64,000 bases of DNA, from contig CAZPFL010000001.1 of NCBI GenBank assembly GCA_964585785.1, forward strand, positions 70,097-134,096, read 5' to 3'. Position 1 is the first letter of the stretch, and each line of letters begins with the position of its first letter. The notes beneath the pieces are model-generated. The model was not told where the DNA came from and searched no databases. It saw only the letters and a list, made by a program, of their open reading frames with translations. The DNA comes from an uncultured Rhodospirillaceae bacterium. Its GTDB lineage: Bacteria; Pseudomonadota; Alphaproteobacteria; UBA8366. Of the stretch, positions 16,853 through 25,271 are shown in pieces. A program made the translations under genes and the position numbers.

Positions 16853-17520
16853 GCGTTGGGCTCGCCGGTAATGCGGATGCCGGCGTGGTGCACGCCGCCG
16901 TTGCGGTTGATGAAGATGAGCACCGAGGTCAGCGCCTCGGCGGCGGCCGAGTTGTCGATCGAGCCGGCGTGCCAGGCCTTGAGGCCCGCCGCTTGCGCCA
17001 GCGCGACGACGGCGTCGCGCGCCTCGCGCTTGTTGCCGCAGACCAGGACGTCGCACTCGATCTTGCTCTTCTCGTCCTGCAGCAGATCGGCGGCTACATT
17101 CTGGAAGGCGGAGACGACCTGCACGCCCTCGCCGAGGAAGTCCTGCGCTTCCTTTGCGGCCGAGCCTGCGTCCGGAAGCTGAACCCGGGCGACCCGGGGC
17201 GGGACGAGCGGGACGGTCGCGTCGACCAGGATCTTGCCCTGCGCACCCTCGCGCACCGCCTCCAGCATCGGCTTGTGGTTGGCGTAGGGCACGGTCAAGA
17301 CGACAATGTCCGCGGCGGCCGCGGCGGCGCCGTTCTCCAGCCCGGAAATCGCGGCGCCGGGGACCGCGACGGCCATCTCCGCCGCCTTCTTGGCCGCGCT
17401 CTCCGCCGCGCGCGAGCCGATGATGACGGGGTAACCCGCCCGCGCCCAGCGCTGCGCGAAGCCGGAGCCGAGGGCTCCGGTGCCGCCGATGACGGCGATT
17501 GTCGGTTTCTTGTCGGCCAT
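16849..17520 (-). CDS. npdG: NADPH-dependent F420 reductase (Fno/NpdG)
   Basis: 223 aa. It has the Rossmann motif IAVIGGTGALGSGFA, the overall Fno/NpdG layout, and the SD AAGGAAGGA upstream. Confidence 0.8.
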   Translation of the reverse strand: MADKKPTIAVIGGTGALGSGFAQRWARAGYPVIIGSRAAESAAKKAAEMAVAVPGAAISGLENGAAAAAADIVVLTVPYANHKPMLEAVREGAQGKILVDATVPLVPPRVARVQLPDAGSAAKEAQDFLGEGVQVVSAFQNVAADLLQDEKSKIECDVLVCGNKREARDAVVALAQAAGLKAWHAGSIDNSAAAEALTSVLIFINRNGGVHHAGIRITGEPNA

Positions 17521-17569
17521 GAATCGTCCTTCCTTGCCCGGTGCTTGACTGGTTGCGAAAGCGGCTCGA

Positions 17570-18358
17570 TCAGTGCTTGTCGAGGAACGCCCTGAGCGCG
17601 GCGTTGAAGTCGGCCGCCTGCTCGATGTTGGAGAGATGCGCGGCGTTCTTGAGCACGACCAGCTTGGAGCCGACGATCTCCCGGTGGATGATTTCCGAGT
17701 GCTCGACCGTCGTGCTCGGGTCGTCCGCGCCGACGATGATCAGCGTCGGCGTCTTGATGCCCGCCAACAGGTGGGTCTGGTCCATCGCCTGGATGGCCTT
17801 GCAGCAGCCGACGAAACCGTCAACCGGGGTGGACGCGATCATCGCGCCGACCCGCTCGACCTCGCGCTTCGCCTTGGCGCGGTAGGGCGCGGTGAACCAG
17901 CGCTCGAGCGTCGCGGGCGCGAGTGAGGCCATGCCGTCGCGGCGCGCCGCCTCGGCCCGGGCGTCGAAGGCCGACGGGTCCGGCATCCGGCTGGCGGTGT
18001 CACACAGGACGAGGCTGCGCAGCTCTTGAGGATATTTTGCGCCGAATAGCTGGCCCGTCATGCCGCCCATCGACAGGCCGCAGAAATGCACCTTGCCGAG
18101 CCCGAGCGCCGCGATCAGCGCCCGGGCGTCCTCCACGAGCATGTCGAAGCTGTAGGGCGGCTCGGTCGCCTGGCTGCCGCCATGGCCGCGCTGGTCGTAG
18201 CGCAGAACGCGGTATTTGCCGGCAAGGGCGGGGATCTGCGCGTCCCACATGGTGTAGTTGGACGCGAGGCTGTTGCTGAGCATGACCACCGGGGCGGATT
18301 CCGGTCCGTCCAAGCGGTAGGCGATCTCCACGCCATTGGCCTTGATCGTGTCTGCCAT
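17570..18358 (-). CDS. Alpha/beta hydrolase, 3-oxoadipate enol-lactonase-like
   Basis: Only the C-terminal 262 aa of the 642-aa track ORF are credible, starting at the ATG at 18358 (MADTIKANGVEIAYRLDG...). It has the nucleophile elbow GLSMGG and a C-terminal AAHLSN. Confidence 0.8.
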   Translation of the reverse strand: MADTIKANGVEIAYRLDGPESAPVVMLSNSLASNYTMWDAQIPALAGKYRVLRYDQRGHGGSQATEPPYSFDMLVEDARALIAALGLGKVHFCGLSMGGMTGQLFGAKYPQELRSLVLCDTASRMPDPSAFDARAEAARRDGMASLAPATLERWFTAPYRAKAKREVERVGAMIASTPVDGFVGCCKAIQAMDQTHLLAGIKTPTLIIVGADDPSTTVEHSEIIHREIVGSKLVVLKNAAHLSNIEQAADFNAALRAFLDKH

Positions 18359-18520
18359 CGGCTTTCTCCCTGTTGTCCCGGACCAGCGGGCTGATTGCTC
18401 TGTCGCGCCGCCGAAGCGGCATCGCGATGCAATTCGGTAGCGTATTAAGAGAATCTTGGCACGGGCTGGCAAGAGGAGGATAACAGGCGCGGCCAGGCTT
18501 TGCAGGGGGGCGAAGAGGTA

Positions 18521-19588
18521 ATGCTTCGAATTCGGGCGAAAATGGTCTTGGCGGCCCTGGTGGGCGTGTTGTGCCTCGGGGGCTTGGGTGGGCCGGGCTT
18601 GGCCCGTGCGAGCGACAAGGCGAGCGTTCTTGAGCTCTTGTTCGACGCGCCGCACCGCATGGCGGACAGCCTGATTTCGATGCCGCCGATTGATTCCGTG
18701 GAGAAGCCGTTCACCGCGGCACTCGACGGTGTCGTTTCGGGCGACCTCGCCGCGGCTCGCAGCAACGCCGCCGCGGCCGGTTACGACCTTATCGCGCGGA
18801 CGGAAGAAGGCCGACGCTACGTCATTCTGATGGAACACGGCCGGGCCGGCATCGGGCCGACCATCGCGATTGCTCGAAACCCCCAGCGGGACGTGGTGAT
18901 CGAGGCACCGCATCCGATCATCGACCGGTATTCCGACCGCGAGGCGGCGGTGCTGTTCCTGAAGCTCGGGGCACGCGCGCTCGTGCTCTCGGGCGCCAAT
19001 CGTTGCGCCGCCAAGGCGGAGTCCGCCTGCAGCGGCAAGACGCGCGTCTGCGGCGGCGGCAGCGAGCCCTACCGGACGTCCGATCCGGCGCATAACCCGG
19101 CGACTCTGTTCCACGCCGCGCATCTTTATTTTTCCCGGCGCTGGCCGAAATCGATCGTCTTCCAGCCGCATGGACTCAACAACAACGGCAGCACCGTGTG
19201 GTTCGTGATTTCCGACGGCACCAAGGAGAAGCGCCCGGGCGACCCGATGCTGACCGGCCGCATCCGCGACGGCCTGCGCCAGGCGCTGGGTCCGGACCGG
19301 GCCGTGAGCTGCCAGGACCCGGCCGACCGCAACATCAAGACACGCTGGCTGTGCGCCACGAACACGGTGCAGGGCCGTGACCTGAACGGCAGTTCCGATG
19401 CGTGTCATAGCAGCGCGCAGCACGCGTCGGGCCGCTTTCTCCATATCGAGCAGACCTATGAGGAAGTGCGGCGCGGCTACGGGCTCGATTGGCAGCACTT
19501 GGCGGCCTATCCGGGCAGCGATGCGATCCTGACGACGCTTGCCAAGACACTGCCCTGCATCCGGCCGGATTGCACCGCCGTCCCATAG
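18521..19588 (+). CDS. Secreted cysteine-rich hypothetical protein (possible metallo-hydrolase fold)
   Basis: It has a signal peptide (MLRIRAKMVLAALVGVLCLGG...ARA/SD), 9 further Cys beyond the signal-peptide Cys, and His-containing blocks IEAPHPIID and VFQPHGL. GC3 is high. The start is ambiguous (TTG 18500, ATG 18521 or ATG 18542). Confidence 0.55.
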   Translation: MLRIRAKMVLAALVGVLCLGGLGGPGLARASDKASVLELLFDAPHRMADSLISMPPIDSVEKPFTAALDGVVSGDLAAARSNAAAAGYDLIARTEEGRRYVILMEHGRAGIGPTIAIARNPQRDVVIEAPHPIIDRYSDREAAVLFLKLGARALVLSGANRCAAKAESACSGKTRVCGGGSEPYRTSDPAHNPATLFHAAHLYFSRRWPKSIVFQPHGLNNNGSTVWFVISDGTKEKRPGDPMLTGRIRDGLRQALGPDRAVSCQDPADRNIKTRWLCATNTVQGRDLNGSSDACHSSAQHASGRFLHIEQTYEEVRRGYGLDWQHLAAYPGSDAILTTLAKTLPCIRPDCTAVP

Positions 19589-19630
19589 ATGTATAAGGAA
19601 TGCTGACGTATTTCAGTCTGCGAGGGAGCG

Positions 19631-20776
19631 ATGGCCGGGCAACAGACGAATGCGCCGCGGGTCGACGGTGAAGAGATTCTAGACGGCATCCGGCAATGGG
19701 TCGAGATCGAGTCGCCAACTTATGATGGCGCGGCGGTCAACGAACTGGCCGATGTCGTCGAGAAAAGCATGCGGTCGCTCGGCGCCGCGATCGAGCGCAT
19801 CCCGGGCCGGGACGGGTTCGGCGACATTCTCAAGGCGCGCACGCCCTGGGGCGGCGACGGCCCCGGCATCCTAGTGCTGAGCCATCTCGACACGGTGCAT
19901 CCGAAGGGCAGCCTGGAGGATTACAATCCGTGGCGGCGCGAAGGTGATTCAGTCTTCGGGCCCGGCATCTACGACATGAAGGCGGGCGCCTACCTGGCCT
20001 ACTACGCCTATCAGCATCTCGTCCGCGCGGGGCGCGAGACGCCGCTGCCGGTGACTTTCCTTTACGTGCCGGAGGAGGAGATAGGCAGCCCGACTTCGCG
20101 CGCGGCGATCGAGGCGGAAGCGAAGAAGCACAAATACGTGCTGGTCACCGAGCCGGCGCGTGAGGGCGGCAAGATCGTCACCGGGCGCAAGGGCGTCGGC
20201 CGGTTCTTCGCCACCGCACGCGGCGTGGCGGCGCATTCGGGCTCGCGCCATGCCGACGGGCGCAGCGCGATCAAGGCGATGGCGCGGCTGGTCCTCGAGG
20301 TCGAGGCGATGACCGACTACGAGATCGGCGTCACCACCAATGTCGGGCTGATCAGTGGAGGCACCGGCGTCAACGTAGTGCCGCATGAGTGCACGGCGGA
20401 GATCGACCTTCGCGTCCCGACGCCGGCGCTTGCCGAGGAATACGAAAAGCGCATCCTTGGCCTGACCAGCCGGGAGTCTGGCGTCGAGCTGGTCGTCACC
20501 GGTGGCATCAACCGCCCGCCCTATCAGAAGGATGAAGGCATCCAGAAGCTGTTCGACCACGCCAAGGCGCTCTGCGCGGAGATTGGCTTCGAGCTCGAGG
20601 ACATGCATACCGGCGGCGGCAGCGACGGCTGCTTCACCGCGGCGCTCGGCATCCCCACGTTAGACGGTCTCGGTGCGGACGGCGTCGGTGCGCATGCCCA
20701 GCACGAGCAGATCTATTTCTCTTCGCTCGAGCCCCGCGCCAAGATGTGGATACGCCTGCTGGAGACGCTGCGGTAG
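19631..20776 (+). CDS. M20-family metallopeptidase, carboxypeptidase G2 / glutamate carboxypeptidase-like
   Basis: 381 aa, with SHLDTVHP, GPGIYDMKAG, PEEEIGSP and a GGGSDG region, matching the M20 metal-ligand pattern. Confidence 0.8.
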   Translation: MAGQQTNAPRVDGEEILDGIRQWVEIESPTYDGAAVNELADVVEKSMRSLGAAIERIPGRDGFGDILKARTPWGGDGPGILVLSHLDTVHPKGSLEDYNPWRREGDSVFGPGIYDMKAGAYLAYYAYQHLVRAGRETPLPVTFLYVPEEEIGSPTSRAAIEAEAKKHKYVLVTEPAREGGKIVTGRKGVGRFFATARGVAAHSGSRHADGRSAIKAMARLVLEVEAMTDYEIGVTTNVGLISGGTGVNVVPHECTAEIDLRVPTPALAEEYEKRILGLTSRESGVELVVTGGINRPPYQKDEGIQKLFDHAKALCAEIGFELEDMHTGGGSDGCFTAALGIPTLDGLGADGVGAHAQHEQIYFSSLEPRAKMWIRLLETLR

Positions 20777-20789
20777 AAGTGGTTGCTGG

Positions 20790-21960
20790 CCAATACACGG
20801 ATGCGCGGGTCAAGCCCGTGCATGAGGAATTTAATTTTAATTCGATGAGGAATCGGAAATAGTGCGACGCCATCGCCTTGCATCCAGGAACGCTTTTGTC
20901 CGTTGTAAGAACGCGAGGCTGTAACGGACGTCAAGGGAAAATTTGAACCAAAAAATATGCCGTGAAGAGGGTTCTCGCAGAACAATGTCGCTTAATTGTC
21001 TTATTACCGGCACAGGCCGAGACGGTACAACGACGGCTAGCGTGTTGGCGTGCAATTTGGCTATCGCTAACAACGACAAAGCTGATGCCGGTCACGAAAC
21101 AAACATCAGCGCGTTATATAATTCATGGTTCCGTTATCATGAAAGTGGCGATTCCTCTGAAATTGAGTCGGTGCTTCGAAGCTGGACCCATCGAGTAGAA
21201 AGTTCGAGCGGACATGCCTTCTGGTTGCCCATCGTGGCGAAGGTTTTTGGTCCCGATATTGGGTTGATTCATCTAAAACGAGATCGCGCCGCCTGTATCG
21301 AGTCGCTTTGCCTCAATCGTACGACGTGGCCAGAATTCCATGGAAATTATATAGATTGCACTGACCTCCCAATACGGACCTGGCTTCCGACAGCATTTCA
21401 TTTTGGTGAAATGACCAAAGCGGAATGGGAGGCCGCTCCTCTCCGTGAAAGGATCGGCTGGTACTACGACAAGACGCACGAGTTAATTAATCGGCATAAG
21501 GGGCTATTCTCCCGGTACCTGGAGGTCAAGACCGAAGACTTAAATAAGCAAACGGTTATTTCAAGCATTCGTGATTTCATAAATCCGAGATGGGAAAACG
21601 ATGTATTCCCCGTCCATAATAATTTTACAGGGCTTCACAAGATCTATGATTTGACCTTTGAAGAAAGTCGGCGGGCTGAGTTGCTATTTAACAGATTTAA
21701 CGTCGTTCGAGCCGTCAAGCATCCTGACGGACTCCTTTATGCAGCAAGTTATTTTATGAACAAAGTCTTGGAGTCATACCCCAGCAACAAGCTCCAAGTG
21801 GCGGACTTTCTCGCAAATTATGTGAAGCGGATCGCCGAGATTGCAAAAAAAGAATCCAAGGACTCGTGACGAGTGTTCGGAATTGAAGGGCTGGTGGACA
21901 AATCGAAGTAGCATGGGCGCCGCAACCTAAAAACAGTGAAACTTGCAATTCGAACGGAAC
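20790..21960. other. Low-GC islet (compositional anomaly) carrying one orphan gene
   Basis: Hand counts of two 60-nt lines inside gave 35% and 48% G+C, against roughly 60-70% in the flanks. No tRNA, integrase or flanking direct repeats were seen. Confidence 0.7.
20985..21869 (+). CDS. Sulfotransferase-fold-like P-loop protein (orphan, low-GC)
   Basis: The start is MSLNCLITGTGRDGTTTAS, which resembles the 5'-PSB loop G..RSGTT. GLIHLKRDRAACIESL resembles the 3'-PB motif .HL.R(D/R)....S. The start was trimmed from the TTG at 20943 to the ATG at 20985. Confidence 0.5.
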   Translation: MSLNCLITGTGRDGTTTASVLACNLAIANNDKADAGHETNISALYNSWFRYHESGDSSEIESVLRSWTHRVESSSGHAFWLPIVAKVFGPDIGLIHLKRDRAACIESLCLNRTTWPEFHGNYIDCTDLPIRTWLPTAFHFGEMTKAEWEAAPLRERIGWYYDKTHELINRHKGLFSRYLEVKTEDLNKQTVISSIRDFINPRWENDVFPVHNNFTGLHKIYDLTFEESRRAELLFNRFNVVRAVKHPDGLLYAASYFMNKVLESYPSNKLQVADFLANYVKRIAEIAKKESKDS

Positions 21961-22109
21961 CCGCCGGCGATGGACTCGTCGATACTGGCCGCTTAGCCTC
22001 CATCGACACGCCGTAACGTATGCGTCTTCGATCGCCTGAGATCGGGTCTGTCATGGAATGTGCATTCCGTCGTTCGCCGGTTTGCCCCGCGAGTCCATGA
22101 GGCATCGGC

Positions 22110-22835
22110 CTACGGACACGCCAGTTGGTCCGCCAGGTCGATGAAATCCTTGGCGATGTAATCGAAGTCGTGCTCGGCGCGGTTGTCCTTGTGCTGGTTC
22201 GGGCCGTATTCGACCGGGCGCAGGACGAAAGCGGTGCGGAAGCCCTGCCGGCTCGCGGCGACGAGGTCGTTGTTATGCGCCGCCGTCATCATGCAGGCTT
22301 CCGGCGGCAGGCCGAGCGCGTCCGCGCAGTTGATGTAGGCCTGTGGGCAAGGCTTGTAGTGGCGCACGACCTCGGAGCCGAGGATGACGTCCCAGGGCAG
22401 CCCGGCGTGCTTCGCCATGTTGACCATCAGCGCGATGTTGCCGTTCGACTGGGTCGCCAGGATGAACTTCTTCTTGAGGCGGGTCAGCCCTTCGACCGAA
22501 TCCGGCCAGGGGTCGAGCCGGTGCCAGGCCCGGTTCAGCCAGTCGATTTCCGCCTCCGGAAGGCCGCCGACGCCGTAGCGCTCGAGCAGGCTGTCGAGGC
22601 TCATCCGGTGCAGCACGTCGAGCTTGGTGAACGGAATTTCGCCTGCCCGCACCCGATCCATGGATGGCTGGTAGAGCTTGCGCCATTCCATGGCGAACTC
22701 GATGCCGTCGACGCCCGTTATGCCGTGTTTCTTGAAGAAGGCGTCCGCCTCGCGCGCGACGCTGGTGCGCCAGTCCACGACGGTGCCGAAGACGTCGAAT
22801 GTAAGCGCCTTGATTTCGTCCGGGGACACGGCCAT
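22110..22835 (-). CDS. Haloacid dehalogenase type II (HAD superfamily)
   Basis: 241 aa, with LTFDVFGTVVDW (nucleophile Asp motif), ATQSNGN, VRHYKP and AAHNNDL. Confidence 0.8.
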   Translation of the reverse strand: MAVSPDEIKALTFDVFGTVVDWRTSVAREADAFFKKHGITGVDGIEFAMEWRKLYQPSMDRVRAGEIPFTKLDVLHRMSLDSLLERYGVGGLPEAEIDWLNRAWHRLDPWPDSVEGLTRLKKKFILATQSNGNIALMVNMAKHAGLPWDVILGSEVVRHYKPCPQAYINCADALGLPPEACMMTAAHNNDLVAASRQGFRTAFVLRPVEYGPNQHKDNRAEHDFDYIAKDFIDLADQLACP

Positions 22836-22867
22836 GGGCAGGCACCTCCTGTGTAATCGATCAAGCG

Positions 22868-23179
22868 TCAGTCGGGAATCTCGATGTCGAGCAGTGGCGC
22901 ATGCTGCTGCGCGCCATAGACGTCGGTATCGCCCGGATCGCCGGACGGCACAAGCCGCGGGATCGTGATCTTGATCGCATAGGCGACGTCGTACGGAATG
23001 ATCGCCACCTCGTTGTCCGACACGCCGTAAAGCTTGGCGATGCGCTGCGGCGTAATCGCGCCGCTGTCGCGCACCCGGCGGTAGGTTTCCTCGTCCTCGA
23101 ACATCATGTCGAGGGTGCAGAGCAGCGCACCGGCATTTTTGGAGCGCAGCACCTGGGCCAGGTCGACCAGTCGCGTCAT
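22868..23179 (-). CDS. DUF4387-family protein
   Basis: 103 aa (MTRLVDLAQVLRSKNAGALLCTLDMMF...). It is the small partner found directly downstream of DUF1446/AtuA-like genes. Confidence 0.7.
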   Translation of the reverse strand: MTRLVDLAQVLRSKNAGALLCTLDMMFEDEETYRRVRDSGAITPQRIAKLYGVSDNEVAIIPYDVAYAIKITIPRLVPSGDPGDTDVYGAQQHAPLLDIEIPD

Positions 23180-23192
23180 GATAGGTCCTCCC

Positions 23193-24557
23193 TCAAACCT
23201 CGACCATCTCGATCGGGAACGGCTCCAGCGGATCGTCCAGCTCCATGGTGTGCCAGACGTTGAAGCCGTAGGTCATGCCGACCGGCATGTCGGAGGGCGA
23301 GAACGGAATGGCGAGGTTGCCCGAGATGCATTTCCGGCCGGGGAAATCCGTGTGCAGCAGGGCGTAGCGCGCCTTCGCCATGATCGCCTTGCTGGTGTCC
23401 TCGTCATCGGCCAGCGTGTCGACCAGCAGCCCGATCTCGTGCCCGACCGAGTCGCGCATCGGCTCGCGTGGGCCCATGGTCGCGTCCTTGCCGTAGACGC
23501 GAATATTGAGCCGGTAGGAGTCCTGTGAAATGCCCAGCGACCGCGCTTCGCCGGCGACGCGCTCATGGCAGGAGGCGACGAACTCGTCGATCACCGAGAT
23601 CAGCACCGGATCGCGCACGCCGGCGATGAAGACCGTGCGGAAGCCCGTCTTGCGCACGCCTTCGAGCTTCACGGTGTAGCTGTTCGCCGGCTCGAAGCGG
23701 CTGCCCGTCACCTTGACCACGCGCGGGTCGATCTGCTCGTACTCCGAGCCGGTGGTGACCAGCGTGCCGTCCGGCTCGACCAGGTGATAGGGGCTGGGGT
23801 TTTCATAGAGCGTGTGCGCGGCGATCCGCATGCGGGTGCAGCGCTTGTCCGGGTGGCCGGGCTCGACCAGGAAATAGCCGTCGCCCAGCGTGCCGAGCAC
23901 GCAGTCCTGCCCGAAGCGGGGCGTCGTGACCTGGCCCGCGCATTCGATGATCTTGGCAAGGTGCCAGACTAGGCCGGGCTCGTAGCCGCGCATGAGCGGG
24001 ATCGCGGAATAGATCGAGGCGTCGGTGGCGCGGCCCGCGATGACGACCTGGGCGCCGTCCTCCAGCGCCTTTTGGAAAGGCTCGACACCCATCATGCCGA
24101 CCACGCGGTGGGTCTCGTCGATGCCCTCGTCGGTCAGCTCCGCGATCGGCCCGAGCGGACGGATACGACCCTCGGCACGCTTTTTCTTGAGGTAATCCTT
24201 AGGCTGCTCGGCGTGGATCACGGCCATGCGGAATTTCAGTCCCTTCTCGTGGGCGATCTCCTCCGCCACTTCGCGCACGAAGGCGACCTGCGGGTCACTG
24301 CCGCCGCCACCCGCCGAGCCGATCAGCACCGGAATGTTGTGCTCGATGCCGGCTTCGAGCATCAGCCCGAGGTCGCGCTTGATCGCCTGGCGCGAGACGA
24401 AGGGGACGCCCTCGCCGAGATAATAGGGGCCCGGGTCCATCGAGCCGCCGTCGGCCGCAATGAAGTCGGGCTTCAGGGAGATGCCGCGGCGGAAGGCTTC
24501 CTCGGTATAGCCGTAACCGAGCATTCCGGTGGTCGCCATCATGCGCAACTCAGTCAT
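23193..24557 (-). CDS. AtuA-like (DUF1446) acyclic-terpene-utilisation family protein
   Basis: 454 aa. The N-terminus MLGYGYTEEAFRRGISLKPDFIAADGGSMDPGPYYLG and the block VLIGSAGGGG resemble the DUF1446 family. Confidence 0.75.
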   Translation of the reverse strand: MTELRMMATTGMLGYGYTEEAFRRGISLKPDFIAADGGSMDPGPYYLGEGVPFVSRQAIKRDLGLMLEAGIEHNIPVLIGSAGGGGSDPQVAFVREVAEEIAHEKGLKFRMAVIHAEQPKDYLKKKRAEGRIRPLGPIAELTDEGIDETHRVVGMMGVEPFQKALEDGAQVVIAGRATDASIYSAIPLMRGYEPGLVWHLAKIIECAGQVTTPRFGQDCVLGTLGDGYFLVEPGHPDKRCTRMRIAAHTLYENPSPYHLVEPDGTLVTTGSEYEQIDPRVVKVTGSRFEPANSYTVKLEGVRKTGFRTVFIAGVRDPVLISVIDEFVASCHERVAGEARSLGISQDSYRLNIRVYGKDATMGPREPMRDSVGHEIGLLVDTLADDEDTSKAIMAKARYALLHTDFPGRKCISGNLAIPFSPSDMPVGMTYGFNVWHTMELDDPLEPFPIEMVEV

Positions 24558-24782
24558 CGTCTTCCTCCGTTCGCCGGCGGGACCGTCTGCCGGGCCTGCC
24601 GCAAAGGTTAACCCCGCGCCCCGACCGAAGACAAATATCGTTAATTTTCAGGATCTTCCGAGGGCTGGGAGCCTTAATATCGCCCGATTCTTTCCCAATA
24701 ATCACCCCGAAACCACCCTGCTATGGCCTTTTCCCCGGCTCAAGATGCCACCATCGCAAATGCGATACCGGAGCACAGAGCC

Positions 24783-25043
24783 ATGAAGCAGTTGAACCTT
24801 GCCGCCACCTTCGCCGCCGCAACGGTGTTGACGATCTTCGGCTTGACCTGCTGGCTGTTCGAGGGTCGTCCCTTCGATCCGCCGATCAAGGCGGAACAGG
24901 CGGCCGCCCTCGCACGACAGGCCGAAACCTTTGGCGGCATGTTCAGCGTCCGCGGACCGAAATCCCTCCGCGCTTCCGTGGACGGGAAGCAGGTCCCGGT
25001 CGACTATGAATATGTGACGCCGGTCAACGCATACTCCCGTTAG
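24783..25043 (+). CDS. Small membrane-anchored hypothetical protein
   Basis: It starts MKQLNLAATFAAATVLTIFGLTCWLF (one TM segment). It has strong GC3 bias and is followed by a rho-independent terminator. An alternative start is the ATG at 24723. Confidence 0.4.
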   Translation: MKQLNLAATFAAATVLTIFGLTCWLFEGRPFDPPIKAEQAAALARQAETFGGMFSVRGPKSLRASVDGKQVPVDYEYVTPVNAYSR

Positions 25044-25148
25044 GTCCGCCGCAACCACTCATGTCTCGGAAAGGAATCGAACGCGCCAAACATGGTACTC
25101 CCCTCTGATAAAACTCCCTGAATAGTCGGCTACGCCACCGACCAAGAT

Positions 25149-25187
25149 GACCAGCGCCCGTCGCCAAACCGGGCGCTGGTCTTTTTG
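25149..25187 (+). terminator. Rho-independent terminator
   Basis: GACCAGCGCCCG / loop TCGCCAAAC / CGGGCGCTGGTC forms a 12-bp perfect stem, followed by TTTTT. Confidence 0.65.
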
Positions 25188-25271
25188 GTCCGGTTGAAGC
25201 GGAACCGCAAAAAGCCGATCCTATGGCCCGGCGGCGGGCCGCCTGCTCGTCGGGTTAGGAGAAGCTGGCAG

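Noticed and set aside
17570-19498. A 642-aa minus-strand ORF suggesting a large fusion protein.
   Set aside because: Only the last 262 aa (from the ATG at 18358) look like a real alpha/beta hydrolase. The upstream 380 codons are Arg/Ala-rich and overlap the well-supported plus-strand secreted-protein gene. Similar over-extended N-termini were trimmed for 6434..7645, 16079..17056, 42397..43725, 44483..45763, 41981..42913, 25185..25694 and 25988..26521.
20790-22105. Whether the low-GC islet is a mobile element (IS, integron cassette, prophage remnant).
   Set aside because: I found no transposase or integrase ORF, no terminal inverted repeats, no flanking direct repeats longer than a 7-mer (CATGAGG), and no adjacent tRNA. 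I therefore report it only as a compositional anomaly and not as a mobile element.
25188-25271. A possible sigma-32 promoter or ROSE-type RNA thermometer upstream of hsp20.
   Set aside because: TTGAAG ... CCTATGG is present, but the spacer is about 21 nt, which is too long for the sigma-32 consensus. I could not find a convincing SD-masking hairpin with the characteristic bulged G. A covariance-model scan would be needed.
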